This document shows, piece by piece, positions 48,516 to 63,129 of a DNA stretch of 64,000 nt. The stretch's first letter is position 1. Every line of letters begins with the position of its first letter. The notes beneath the pieces are model-generated. The model was not told where the DNA came from, made no database searches, and saw nothing but the letters and a program-made list of their open reading frames with translations. A program made the position numbers and the translations under genes. The stretch is from Verrucomicrobiota bacterium (GTDB lineage Bacteria > Verrucomicrobiota > Verrucomicrobiia > Opitutales > Cerasicoccaceae), in assembly GCA_039818205.1 (NCBI GenBank), contig JBCBUK010000008.1, positions 64,001-128,000 on the forward strand. The letters run 5' to 3'.

Positions 48516-49200
48516 GCTCCTGCCCCGTTTTTTCAGCTTGAGGCCAATGGTCCGGGAGCTGAACGGCCTCTTCCAAAATGTCCAAGAAGCGGCTACGGGG
48601 CCATTTCGTGGCACCAAAACGCGCAAGATGCGCGGTCTCCTGTTGGCAATCGATAATCCGGTAGCCAGACGTCTGGAGCCGGCGAGTGAGCGCTGTGAAC
48701 GCAACTTTTGAAGCGTTGGGCACCCGATAAAACATGGATTCGCCATAAAACGCTGCGCCAATTCCAATTCCGTAGCATCCGCCGACGAGTTCCCCGTCTC
48801 GCCAGCATTCGGTGCTGTGGGCCAAACCAGCTCTATGCATCTCGATATAGGCCGCAATCATATCAGGAGTGATCCAGGTCCCATCCTGATCTGCCCGCTG
48901 CGTTTCCGCACACCCCTGGATGACACCGATAAAATCCTGATCAAAAGTGACCTTCCAATACGGTTTGCGGCTTTCTTTGGCGAGGCTGCGCGGAATTTTA
49001 ACTTCAGAGGGAATCAAAACGAATCGAGGATCCGTACTCCACCAAAGGATGGGCTGCCCCGGCGAGAACCAGGGAAAAATGCCGCATCGGTAGGCTTCGT
49101 TCAGCATCGCTACGCTAAGACCTCCCCCCATCGCCATTGGTGCATCACCGGGAGCTGTTCGAGGGTCTGGAAACAGTGTCCGTCTGGGGAATTCCGACAT
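48505..49200 (-). CDS. aat: Leucyl/phenylalanyl-tRNA--protein transferase
   Basis: AYRCGIFPWF, WWSTDPR, GTWI, GESMF, ASKVA, IDCQ. Confidence 0.95.
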   Translation of the reverse strand: MSEFPRRTLFPDPRTAPGDAPMAMGGGLSVAMLNEAYRCGIFPWFSPGQPILWWSTDPRFVLIPSEVKIPRSLAKESRKPYWKVTFDQDFIGVIQGCAETQRADQDGTWITPDMIAAYIEMHRAGLAHSTECWRDGELVGGCYGIGIGAAFYGESMFYRVPNASKVAFTALTRRLQTSGYRIIDCQQETAHLARFGATKWPRSRFLDILEEAVQLPDHWPQAEKTGQEPSL

Positions 49201-49335
49201 TTACGGTTACGAAATTAACCCAGCTCATTGGTGAGTCGAACTCATTCCGAAGCGAATTTTCAAAGAACCCAGCGGAAATGAGGCCCAGATAGGTTACGCA
49301 TTGCGCAGATCTACAAAAACCATTTGTTGGTCCTT

Positions 49336-49707
49336 ATGCCAGAACATCAGAATGCGCCGCGGCGCGATATTACGGAATTAGTTGAGGAGGCCACTTTTGA
49401 ATACACCATGGGTGAGAACGACGCTGCGTTGTCTAAGCTCAGGGAAGCTGTTGGCCTCGACCCGGACTGTTTCGACGCCTGGCACGCGATGACTGAAGTG
49501 TATTTTTCCATGCGCGAGTTTCACGAGGCACTCAAAGCGGCAGAGCAGGCCTTCCGCGTTGATTCTAAAGACATCCATATCAACACCTCGCTTTCACGAA
49601 TTCACATGGAGCTTGGTGACAAGAGTACTGCCGAGCATTTCGGTGCGCAGGCCCGGATGCTCGGTTGGAAGCAGCAACTTCAAGAAGGAGACGACGAAGA
49701 AGAATAG
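49336..49707 (+). CDS. Small tetratricopeptide repeat protein
   Basis: TPR-like helices (AVGLDPDCFDAWHAMTEVY...); start ATG 49336. Confidence 0.75.
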   Translation: MPEHQNAPRRDITELVEEATFEYTMGENDAALSKLREAVGLDPDCFDAWHAMTEVYFSMREFHEALKAAEQAFRVDSKDIHINTSLSRIHMELGDKSTAEHFGAQARMLGWKQQLQEGDDEEE

Positions 49708-49775
49708 GATTGCCGAGGATGTCGGCAAACGATTTGCTACACGGGCTGTATCCGCTCTTGATACATAGTTAATCC

Positions 49776-50621
49776 ATGATAATCCCACATCGCGTCGAAG
49801 TGCTGCACCCCGTGTGGCCGATCACCAATTTCATCGTCATTGGCCTGTGCGTCATCACGACTGGCTTGTGGTTGTATTCCGACGTGGTGTTTTTGGACCA
49901 CCTCATCCTTGAAGGTTGGAATCCAATTGACATGGCACTTTCAGCACTGCTTCACGCGGATTTCCTACACCTGCTGTTTAATATGCTCTTTCTTTGGGTG
50001 TTCGGCAATGCGATCTGCGCGAAGTTTGGAAATCTGAAATTTTTGGCGATTTTCTTTGGAGGTGCGATGGGCGCTTCATTGGTTCATTTGATTATGGATG
50101 GCAGTCCCTGCGTTGGAGCCAGCGGAGCCATCAATGCCGTCATCGGAGTTTTCCTGGTGCTTTATCCAGTAAATCGCATTCATTGCGCCTACTGGATCTT
50201 TTTTGCCTTCGGGAGTTTTTCGATTAAAGCGTATTGGCTAATAGCCTTCTGGTTTGGGACGGATATTTTTGGGGCGTTTTTTCAGGAACATTCAGATGTG
50301 GCTTTCTGGGCTCATATTGGTGGCCTTCTAGTCGGAATCGGAATCGGCTTTTACGCGCTAGCCACAAATTCAGTCGAAATGGCCGATGTCGATAACGAGA
50401 CCCTTCCCGATCTACTTTTTCGGAAAAAGAAAGCCGGTGATTACGAGATTCCTGAGAGGTCGCGGCGTATCGTTCGGGAGTCGAAGAAGGCGCATTACGT
50501 GCCGGTGGATTCGCCAGAGGTTGAATCGCAAAAAGTTTCTCCACGGACGCCTCCGGCTGCGGAGCCACCGCTAGACTTCAAAATCAAACCCATGCCTCGA
50601 AAATCGAATCCCGAAGAATAA
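49776..50621 (+). CDS. Rhomboid family intramembrane serine protease
   Basis: HADFLHLLFNMLFLWVFG, GASGAI, AHIGG. Confidence 0.93.
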   Translation: MIIPHRVEVLHPVWPITNFIVIGLCVITTGLWLYSDVVFLDHLILEGWNPIDMALSALLHADFLHLLFNMLFLWVFGNAICAKFGNLKFLAIFFGGAMGASLVHLIMDGSPCVGASGAINAVIGVFLVLYPVNRIHCAYWIFFAFGSFSIKAYWLIAFWFGTDIFGAFFQEHSDVAFWAHIGGLLVGIGIGFYALATNSVEMADVDNETLPDLLFRKKKAGDYEIPERSRRIVRESKKAHYVPVDSPEVESQKVSPRTPPAAEPPLDFKIKPMPRKSNPEE

Positions 50622-50701
50622 AGGCTCGGTTAATATTCGATTATCCTGATTTTCTGGATAGAACATTACATCTGTAGGGTATAACAATACTAAACAGAGA
50701 C

Positions 50702-51682
50702 ATGGCGCTATCCCATAAAAAGCTCGCATCCTGGTATTTACAACTCGCCCAAAGCTTGGAGAGCGGGATGAACCTTGTTGCAGCGCTAAACACCTGTAAC
50801 GGGGCCCCTGCAGTCGGGCGACGGCTCATGGCCAACCTACTTGAAGCCGGCGCAAGTATTGACGATATGCTTAAGAAGGCACCGGGTTGGCTGCCCCGAA
50901 AGGATCGCTATTTTTGGTCGGCAGGCACGCATAGCGGCCGCTTGCCGCAAACCTTGCGCAACCTGGCCGACCAACACGAGCGCTTGGGGTCTGCGAAACT
51001 CAAACTGATATTCGGCGCACTCTATCCCGTTGGCATGCTGACTCTGGCTGGTTTCTTGATGCCAATCATGTGGCAGATCGATTTTGAAAAAGGAATTAGT
51101 GGTTGGGACGACTGGGATATGGCGGGATACCTGTTGAACGTCGCAAAAATCCAGGTTCCGCTGTGGGGCAGTATTGCAACCATCATTCTGCTCTCGACGT
51201 TTCAGAATCCCGTCCTCCCCTTCTTAGCGAGTATATTTCCGGGCTTTCGCGGTCACCAGCGAAACCAGGCGGCAGCAGATTTTTCCTATGCCTTGGCGGC
51301 CTTCATTGATGCTGGCACGCCCATCGACAAAGCCTGGGCCGGCGCCGGCATGGTCACAGCCCGCGCCAATTACCGCAAAGCGGGCAGCGCGATGCGGGAC
51401 TTGATCGAAGATGGTGCGACGCCGTCAGAACACCTGAAAAAGTTTCGTTGTTTCAACTCCGACTTTCAGGCGCTCTATACCACCGGCGAGAAAACCGGTA
51501 AACTCGACGAAAACCTAATCGTGTTGGGTCGGCAGTTTCAGGATAAGGCTAATCGTTCGATGACCTTTGCCAGTATCTTCTACCCCGCAATTATGCTCGG
51601 AGCGATCGCCATCATGATGGTGATCAGTATCGTGACCATGTATGCCGCCTACCTGGAGGGCGTCACGAGTCAGTTCGATTAG
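50702..51682 (+). CDS. Type II secretion/type IV pilus platform protein (GspF/PilC family)
   Basis: QLAQSLESGM, G.HSGRL..L, ALYP, TGEKTGKLDENL, FYP duplicated T2SSF domains. Confidence 0.85.
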   Translation: MALSHKKLASWYLQLAQSLESGMNLVAALNTCNGAPAVGRRLMANLLEAGASIDDMLKKAPGWLPRKDRYFWSAGTHSGRLPQTLRNLADQHERLGSAKLKLIFGALYPVGMLTLAGFLMPIMWQIDFEKGISGWDDWDMAGYLLNVAKIQVPLWGSIATIILLSTFQNPVLPFLASIFPGFRGHQRNQAAADFSYALAAFIDAGTPIDKAWAGAGMVTARANYRKAGSAMRDLIEDGATPSEHLKKFRCFNSDFQALYTTGEKTGKLDENLIVLGRQFQDKANRSMTFASIFYPAIMLGAIAIMMVISIVTMYAAYLEGVTSQFD

Positions 51683-51721
51683 GCCTCCATCGTTCATTAT
51701 CTTTGTTGAACGCCTGCGAAA

Positions 51722-52570
51722 ATGAGTCAGCAACGCCAAGCCATGTCAATCATCGCCCTGCTCTCGCTGGGCATGGTCCTGGCGCTTTTTTTGGGTTACT
51801 TTTTCGGAGTCGGGCAAGCTGGCAGCGTCGAAGCTCCTGTCCCGAAAGAGCCAACCGAATTGGAAGAAGCTGGAATCCGACCGCAAGAATCGAGTCAGGA
51901 TGAGATCGAGGCATTGCGGAAGCGCATTGCGAAACTTGAGGCGAGTCTAGCAACCGAACAGCAATTACGGGGGCAATCCGCCCAAAAGCTAGCGAAAGCA
52001 CTGAAAAAAGCTGATCGCTACGACCTCATCCGGGAGATGCTCGTTCAAGAGAGCATTGGGATCTTTGGAAATGTTAGCGCGATTTCGTATGATGCCCAAA
52101 CGTTCGCGGTGAGCGATGGACTGCGTGATTTGTTAGGTCTCGATGATCACACCTTTGACCAATTGAACCAGATTAACGCACGCACGCTCCGACGACTGCA
52201 AGAATGGGAAACAGCCAATGCGAAGACCGTTGATTTTTCGGAGAACAAACTGATTCTTGAATTGCCCCGGCTCCCGCAAGATGCACTCGAGCAGTACGTA
52301 GTTGAACTCGAAGAAGTCATGTCGCGGCAAGATGCTGAGTTGGTTGGCGCATTGTCCAAGTCGCTCTTCCGACCATTTTCTGTTGATCGCCGGATGGAAT
52401 TTTCGATGAGCGATGACGATACGATTAGACTCCAGGTTTCAAACGTTAACGAGAGCGATCCAATTCAGTTAGATTTCTCCGTCCAATCGTCAGTTTTTAA
52501 TGGCGATCAAACCCTCAGTGGTCGCTGGGATCATCTTATTGATATGATCGACGAGCCGCATGGGCACTAG
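51722..52570 (+). CDS. Hypothetical protein with N-terminal TM and coiled coil
   Basis: Long ORF, hydrophobic N-terminus, heptad-rich segment. Confidence 0.6.
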   Translation: MSQQRQAMSIIALLSLGMVLALFLGYFFGVGQAGSVEAPVPKEPTELEEAGIRPQESSQDEIEALRKRIAKLEASLATEQQLRGQSAQKLAKALKKADRYDLIREMLVQESIGIFGNVSAISYDAQTFAVSDGLRDLLGLDDHTFDQLNQINARTLRRLQEWETANAKTVDFSENKLILELPRLPQDALEQYVVELEEVMSRQDAELVGALSKSLFRPFSVDRRMEFSMSDDDTIRLQVSNVNESDPIQLDFSVQSSVFNGDQTLSGRWDHLIDMIDEPHGH

Positions 52571-52993
52571 TTGATCCGCGAATTCTCGAAATTGAGTTGC
52601 GCGGAACAGTGTCGAGGTAACGAGGCTTTCGAGAACCGTCTTTACCCCGTGAATGGTGATCGCAGGATCGATCACGGGCGCTGATTTAGTGGAAAAAATG
52701 CACTTTTTTCACGGCTTCCAGGTGGCGAAGGAGCGCAAACCCTGATATATTCTACTGTTCCAGGGTATTTCGGCCACTTTGCGAGACTGAATCTCATTGA
52801 GAAAAAGTTTTTGCATTTTGAACAAAGAGGCCCAATTTTTCTCTATTCCCATCATGGGACTTCTACGACAGTAACGAATTTCAGCGGTTGACCGGCGGTT
52901 GTCCGCCGGATCTGTTGCCACCGTATTCCATTTTGCCGGGCCTGTCGCCCAGCTCCAATTCGTTAACTCATTAAAACACTTAAGCATCACTCT

Positions 52994-57658
<4,665 letters not shown>

Positions 57659-57709
57659 GCGTTGCCCCATTCGAAACCTCTAAGACTAATTTCTGATTTA
57701 GATACTATT

Positions 57710-59200
57710 ATGGGAAAACCAACCGGATTTCTGGAAGTAGAACGCAAGACCGTCACTGAGCTGGACCCGAAGGAGCGCATCAAGAACTGGAAAGAGTTCA
57801 AGGCGCACCCGGAGGAAGGACACCTGCGCGAACAGGGTTCACGCTGTATGGATTGCGGTACCCCATTCTGCCACACCGGCCACCTTGTATCGGGGATGGC
57901 TAGTGGTTGCCCAGTGAACAACTTAATTCCTGAATGGAACGACCTGGTCTACCGCGGCCGTTGGAAGGAAGCCCTTGAGCGTTTGCACAAGACCAACAAC
58001 TTCCCTGAGTTTACCGGTCGCGTATGCCCGGCACCCTGCGAAGGTTCTTGCGTCCTCGGCGTGATTGAGCCGCCAGTAACCATTAAGAACATCGAGTGCG
58101 CGATCATTGACACTGGTTGGGAAGAAGGCTGGGTTCAGCCCAACCCTCCAGAGCAGCGCACTGGAAAAAAAGTCGCTGTCGTTGGCTCAGGCCCAGCAGG
58201 GCTAGCCGCCGCCGATCAACTGAACCAAGCCGGCCACGAAGTTACCGTTTTTGAGCGGGCTGACCGCATTGGTGGCTTGCTCATGTATGGTATTCCAAAC
58301 ATGAAGCTCGACAAAGAGCAGGTTGTTCAACGCCGCGTCGACTTGATGGAAGCTGAGGGTGTGACGTTTACCACAAAGTGTGAAATCGGCAAGGATATCA
58401 CCGCGACCGATCTGCAAAATGATTTTGATGCCGTTGTCTATTGCACGGGTGCCACCAAGCCACGTGACCTTCCCATCGATGGCCGCGAGTTCAATGGTGT
58501 TCACTTTGCGATGGAGTTCCTGACTGAGAACACTCAGTACCAGCTCGACAATGAGTTCGATGGCTCACTACCTGCGCTGAATGCCGCTGGAAAGGACGTC
58601 GTTGTCATTGGCGGTGGTGACACCGGAACCGACTGCGTCGGCACTTCGATTCGTCATGGCTGCAAGAGTGTGACTCAGCTCGAGATCATGCCGCGCCCAC
58701 CGGAAGAGCGTCAGGCCAACAATCCATGGCCCGAATGGCCGAAAATTTACCGCATGGACTACGGCCAGGAAGAAGCTGCGGCATTGCAGGGCGAAGATCC
58801 GCGCGAATACCTGGTAATGACTGAACGCTTTATCGATGACGGCAATGGCAACCTCGCCGGGCTCGAAATCGTCAATATCGAGTGGGATAAGGATGAAAAT
58901 GGACGTTTTTTCCCCAAGAAGCTCGAAGACACGCGCCGCACCCTGCCCGCTCAACTAGCGACTTTGGCAATGGGATTCCTCGGGCCGGAGCAAACCGTTG
59001 TTGAGCAACTGAACTTGGACACTGACCCACGCTCGAACATCAAAGCCGAGCACGAAAAGTATATCACCAACGTTGAGGGTGTATTTGCCGCTGGTGATTG
59101 CCGTCGTGGCCAAAGCCTGGTCGTGTGGGCAATCAATGAGGGCCGTGGAGCCGCCCGCGAGGTGGATCGCTACCTGATGGGCACCACCACGCTTCCTTAA
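57710..59200 (+). CDS. gltD: Glutamate synthase small subunit
   Basis: [53 protein letters not shown]; start ATG 57710. Confidence 0.97.
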   Translation: MGKPTGFLEVERKTVTELDPKERIKNWKEFKAHPEEGHLREQGSRCMDCGTPFCHTGHLVSGMASGCPVNNLIPEWNDLVYRGRWKEALERLHKTNNFPEFTGRVCPAPCEGSCVLGVIEPPVTIKNIECAIIDTGWEEGWVQPNPPEQRTGKKVAVVGSGPAGLAAADQLNQAGHEVTVFERADRIGGLLMYGIPNMKLDKEQVVQRRVDLMEAEGVTFTTKCEIGKDITATDLQNDFDAVVYCTGATKPRDLPIDGREFNGVHFAMEFLTENTQYQLDNEFDGSLPALNAAGKDVVVIGGGDTGTDCVGTSIRHGCKSVTQLEIMPRPPEERQANNPWPEWPKIYRMDYGQEEAAALQGEDPREYLVMTERFIDDGNGNLAGLEIVNIEWDKDENGRFFPKKLEDTRRTLPAQLATLAMGFLGPEQTVVEQLNLDTDPRSNIKAEHEKYITNVEGVFAAGDCRRGQSLVVWAINEGRGAAREVDRYLMGTTTLP

Positions 59201-59220
59201 TACGGTTTGAATAGTTTCTA

Positions 59221-59261
59221 AAACGGCGTTGCCATCACGGGTAGCGCCGTTTTTGCTTTTT
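59221..59261 (+). terminator. Intrinsic terminator after gltBD
   Basis: AAACGGCGTTGCC-ATCACG-GGTAGCGCCGTTT hairpin plus T tract. Confidence 0.75.
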
Positions 59262-59271
59262 GGTTTCATTC

Positions 59272-60225
59272 ATGCGAAAATTCATCTGGGAAGTCATCAA
59301 GTTCAGCAGCGTGCAATTTGTGCTGCTGGCGACCTTCCTGACGGTGTTTTTTGGAATTCCCGAAAAGTATCACTACCTCGCGGCAGCCGAAGATAAAAAA
59401 TACCGCTTCGACCATGCGGAAGGCCCACGCTTGATTTTGATTGGCGACTCGGGGGTTGCCTACGGGATGGATTCCTCGATTTTAGCAGAGGAGTTCCCGG
59501 ATTATACTGTGATCAATATGGCTTTGATGGCGGGGCTTGGATTTCGAAACATTCTGGCCGAGGTCGAAGATGACCTGCGCCCGGGAGACGTCGTGGTCGT
59601 CATTTTTGCCCACCAGCTTTTCGATCGAAATATCCTCCACCACCAGTATTGGAACTACCTCACCTATCGACCTGACATGTTCGTCAAGCTGGATTGGCGT
59701 GATTGGCCCGTCTTGATGGATAACGCTGGGTTCTTGGCTCAACGCGGTTTGAAGGTCTACAAGCGGGTAATGACCTGGAAAGTGCACCCAGATCGCCCTG
59801 GGCCGGTAAACCGAGCAGGATTCAACGAGTATGGTGACCTGGTCGCGCACCATGGCGCAACCACTTTGCCCACAATCAACTATCCCATGAACGATCTGAA
59901 TTTAGAAAAGGAATGGTTTTCGAAGTTGGTCGTCAAAGAAATGAACGCCTTCGCCCGCAAGGCTGACGCTGCCGGAGCGGAAGTTTTCTATATGTTTCCA
60001 GCGATTCCGGAATCCTCCTGGGCCGAGGGTAAAGAACGAATTCTTAAATCGGAGCAATACGCGGTAGAGGGGTTTGAATTTCCCATTTTGAACAATGCGG
60101 AAGAGATGGTTTACCCTGATGATGATTTCTATGACACGAACTACCACCTGCTAGGTCCTGCTGCCAAACGGCGCACGGAGCTCCTGGCTGAACGTTTAAA
60201 AAGCAAAATTGGAAGAGAAGAGTAG
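59272..60225 (+). CDS. Membrane-anchored SGNH/DltD-like protein, paralog 1
   Basis: N-terminal TM, LILIGDSGVAYG, FNEYGD, FYDTNYHL. Confidence 0.65.
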   Translation: MRKFIWEVIKFSSVQFVLLATFLTVFFGIPEKYHYLAAAEDKKYRFDHAEGPRLILIGDSGVAYGMDSSILAEEFPDYTVINMALMAGLGFRNILAEVEDDLRPGDVVVVIFAHQLFDRNILHHQYWNYLTYRPDMFVKLDWRDWPVLMDNAGFLAQRGLKVYKRVMTWKVHPDRPGPVNRAGFNEYGDLVAHHGATTLPTINYPMNDLNLEKEWFSKLVVKEMNAFARKADAAGAEVFYMFPAIPESSWAEGKERILKSEQYAVEGFEFPILNNAEEMVYPDDDFYDTNYHLLGPAAKRRTELLAERLKSKIGREE

Positions 60226-60229
60226 CAGC

Positions 60230-61270
60230 ATGGCCACCACGGATAACACCATCGCTCAAAAGGCCTCTTCCTCGGCATCCAGTATGGGGAAGTTTCTCTT
60301 TGAATTTTCAAAGTTTGGAATCATCCAAGTCGCGATCCTGAGTCTAATCCTCTACATCTTTTTCAGCTATCCGCGGGACAATGACCCGAGCGCCTGGGGC
60401 GTCGAAAAACGCGAGCGAATGGAAAATACGCCTGGTCCGCGGCTCGTTTTGATGGGTGATTCGAATGTCGTTCTCGGGGTTAGTTCGCCCATGCTACACG
60501 AAGCCTATCCCGAAATTCATCCGGTTAATGCGGGACTCTACGCATTCCTCGGCCACCGCATCATCCTCAACGAAATCGAAGACCTCGTCCAGCCCGGCGA
60601 CACTGTGGTTATTAGCTGGGTCTACGCCCATTTTGCGGCGAACGAGATCCAGAACCTTTACTACCACTACGCGGTTCAGCGTCCGGAATCGTTTAAACAC
60701 TTTACGGGCGAAGAGATTCGCTGGTTCTTTGACGGTGGTACCTACCTGATCAAGGAAGCGCTTAAACGAACCAAGAAGATCCTACTGCTCCACAAACGCG
60801 ATGCTTTTGGGCCGCCCTATGGGCGGGACAACCTCAATGAATATGGAGACGGAGTTGGGCACTATGGGATGGAGTCGCCTCCCGGCACGCGGACCACGAT
60901 TAAAGAGTTCGTTGCGACCCCGGATGGCTATACCGGAGAGATTATCGAAATGCTCAACGATTTAAATAAACGTATGGAAGAACGCGGAGCTCGCATGCTT
61001 TTTGCTTATCCTCCTATTAGTGAGCAGTCTTACGTTGAGAATGAAACGTCAATCAAACTACTGGACAACGTTCTTCACGAACGTCTGGAATTTCCAATAA
61101 TCAACCAGCCCGAAGCCATGCTATATCCAGATGATGTCTTCTTCGACTCTTCCTACCATCTAAAAGAGGATGCCGTCTACGACCGTACCGAACGACTCAT
61201 TGACAGCTTACGACCTTTCCTTCGAAGCGAAGGAAATTCCGATAAACCCATCGATTCGTCCAGTAACTAG
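60230..61270 (+). CDS. Membrane-anchored SGNH/DltD-like protein, paralog 2
   Basis: TM, LVLMGDSNVVLG, LNEYGD, FFDSSYHL. Confidence 0.65.
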   Translation: MATTDNTIAQKASSSASSMGKFLFEFSKFGIIQVAILSLILYIFFSYPRDNDPSAWGVEKRERMENTPGPRLVLMGDSNVVLGVSSPMLHEAYPEIHPVNAGLYAFLGHRIILNEIEDLVQPGDTVVISWVYAHFAANEIQNLYYHYAVQRPESFKHFTGEEIRWFFDGGTYLIKEALKRTKKILLLHKRDAFGPPYGRDNLNEYGDGVGHYGMESPPGTRTTIKEFVATPDGYTGEIIEMLNDLNKRMEERGARMLFAYPPISEQSYVENETSIKLLDNVLHERLEFPIINQPEAMLYPDDVFFDSSYHLKEDAVYDRTERLIDSLRPFLRSEGNSDKPIDSSSN

Positions 61271-61288
61271 GTTGACATAGGGACCGCC

Positions 61289-62245
61289 GTGAAACGCTTT
61301 CTGTGGCAAATAGCTAAATTCATTTTACTGCAGGCAATCATTCTTGCAGCGAGTTTACTCACTTTCTTTGGTGAGCCGAACAAACACCATTTCCTGGCCG
61401 GTGCTATCGATAAGAAAGCTCGCTATGAGTCTCTCGAAGGTCCTCGAATCATCGTAGTCGGTGACTCTGGTGCCGCATTTGGGATTTATTCTCCAATTTT
61501 GGAAGAACGCTTTCCAAGCCACCAACCGGTCAACATGGCGTTGATGGCTGCGGTTGGATTGCCAACGATGCTATCCGAGGTGGAGGATGGATTGCGCGAG
61601 GGAGATGTCGTGGTCCTTATATTGGCCTACCAACATTTCGACCGATACATCTACAGTTGGGAGTTCTTCAACTACCTGGCTTATCGACCAGATCAGATGT
61701 TTTCGAAGCCCCTCCGAGAGTACAAAGATCTGTCTTCAATTGGTTTCTATTTTGTTCATCGGGCGATCCGCAGCCTTCCCCGTTATTTTACGATTGGCCC
61801 GCACCAACCGCGGAACCCACCGATGCATCGTGAAGGATTCAATGAATACGGCGACCTCGTGGCCCACTATGAAATGGACCCTGCCCAAGGGTTTTCGCTC
61901 ACCATGGATGACTTAAGCCTTACTGAACTGAAGCATACGGACTCAATTATCAAGGATCTGAATCGGTTTGCAGAGGTGGCTGAATCGCGTGGTGCTGAGG
62001 TCTTTCTACTGTTGCCATCGATCAGCGAGACAACCTGGGAGCAGAATCGAGAGGTCATTGAAAAGATTGACGACTACGTTCGGACGCGTCTGGATTTCCC
62101 AGTCTTGAACCATCCGGATGAAGTCATCTATCCGGATGATAACTTTTTTGATACTTTCTACCACTTAACGGGACCCGCTGCGAAGCGGAGAACTGAGCAC
62201 TTGGCGAAACGCCTGGAGCCAATCGTCGATTCCAAAGCAAAATAG
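61289..62245 (+). CDS. Membrane-anchored SGNH/DltD-like protein, paralog 3
   Basis: TM, IIVVGDSGAAFG, FNEYGD, FFDTFYHL. Confidence 0.65.
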   Translation: MKRFLWQIAKFILLQAIILAASLLTFFGEPNKHHFLAGAIDKKARYESLEGPRIIVVGDSGAAFGIYSPILEERFPSHQPVNMALMAAVGLPTMLSEVEDGLREGDVVVLILAYQHFDRYIYSWEFFNYLAYRPDQMFSKPLREYKDLSSIGFYFVHRAIRSLPRYFTIGPHQPRNPPMHREGFNEYGDLVAHYEMDPAQGFSLTMDDLSLTELKHTDSIIKDLNRFAEVAESRGAEVFLLLPSISETTWEQNREVIEKIDDYVRTRLDFPVLNHPDEVIYPDDNFFDTFYHLTGPAAKRRTEHLAKRLEPIVDSKAK

Positions 62246-62250
62246 CATTC

Positions 62251-63129
62251 ATGAACCCCACCTTACTTATTTTAGCGGCCGGAATGGGCAGTCGTTACGG
62301 AGGTCTCAAGCAGATCGATCCGATGGGCCCCAACGGAGAGACTCTCTTAGACTATTCACTGAACGACGCCATCGCAGCGGGCTTTGGGAAAGTCGTCTTT
62401 GTGATTCGCCAAGAGTTTGAAGAGACTTTTCGCACGGTGATCGGTAACAAGTTTCAGGATCGAATCGAGGTCGCCTACGCCTTTCAGGACTTGGCCGATT
62501 TGCCGGAAGGATTTCAGGTTCCCGAGGGTCGCGTTAAGCCATGGGGAACGGCTCATGCGATTCGCGCAGCGCGCAACGAGATCGACACTCACTTCGTCGC
62601 GATCAACGCAGACGACTATTACGGAGCTGACGCCTACCATCGTATTGCCGAGGTCATCGCCGGAATGTCGGATGACGCGGGCGATATTGCGATGATTGGA
62701 TATCCGATCGAAAACACGTTGTCGCCAAACGGCACGGTCAATCGCGGCATTTGCACGCTGGATCAAACGCTCCTCAAGACAGTAGAGGAACACACTGCGA
62801 TTGCGGCAAATGAGTCGGGAAATATCTCTGGCGACAATCTGACCGGAGAGAATGTCGAAATACCGAACGGCGCTCTCGTATCGATGAACTTTTGGGCGTT
62901 TTCACCAAAATTCTTTGAGCCACTTGAAAAACACTTCATCGAGTTTCTCAAAGCGAATATCGAAAAGGAAAAGTCGGAGTGCTACATTCCAACGGTTGTC
63001 GATGACCTTATCTCCTCCGGGCTGGCTCATTGCCATGTTTACCCGACAACCGGCGCGTGGTTTGGTGTCACCTATCCTGAGGACAAGGCGTTAGTTCAAG
63101 AACGATTAGTCCGCGCCCTTTCCGTCTGA
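62251..63129 (+). CDS. Sugar-phosphate nucleotidyltransferase family protein
   Basis: ILAAGMGSRYGGLKQ, KPWGTAHA, INADDYYG, WFGVTY. Confidence 0.88.
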   Translation: MNPTLLILAAGMGSRYGGLKQIDPMGPNGETLLDYSLNDAIAAGFGKVVFVIRQEFEETFRTVIGNKFQDRIEVAYAFQDLADLPEGFQVPEGRVKPWGTAHAIRAARNEIDTHFVAINADDYYGADAYHRIAEVIAGMSDDAGDIAMIGYPIENTLSPNGTVNRGICTLDQTLLKTVEEHTAIAANESGNISGDNLTGENVEIPNGALVSMNFWAFSPKFFEPLEKHFIEFLKANIEKEKSECYIPTVVDDLISSGLAHCHVYPTTGAWFGVTYPEDKALVQERLVRALSV

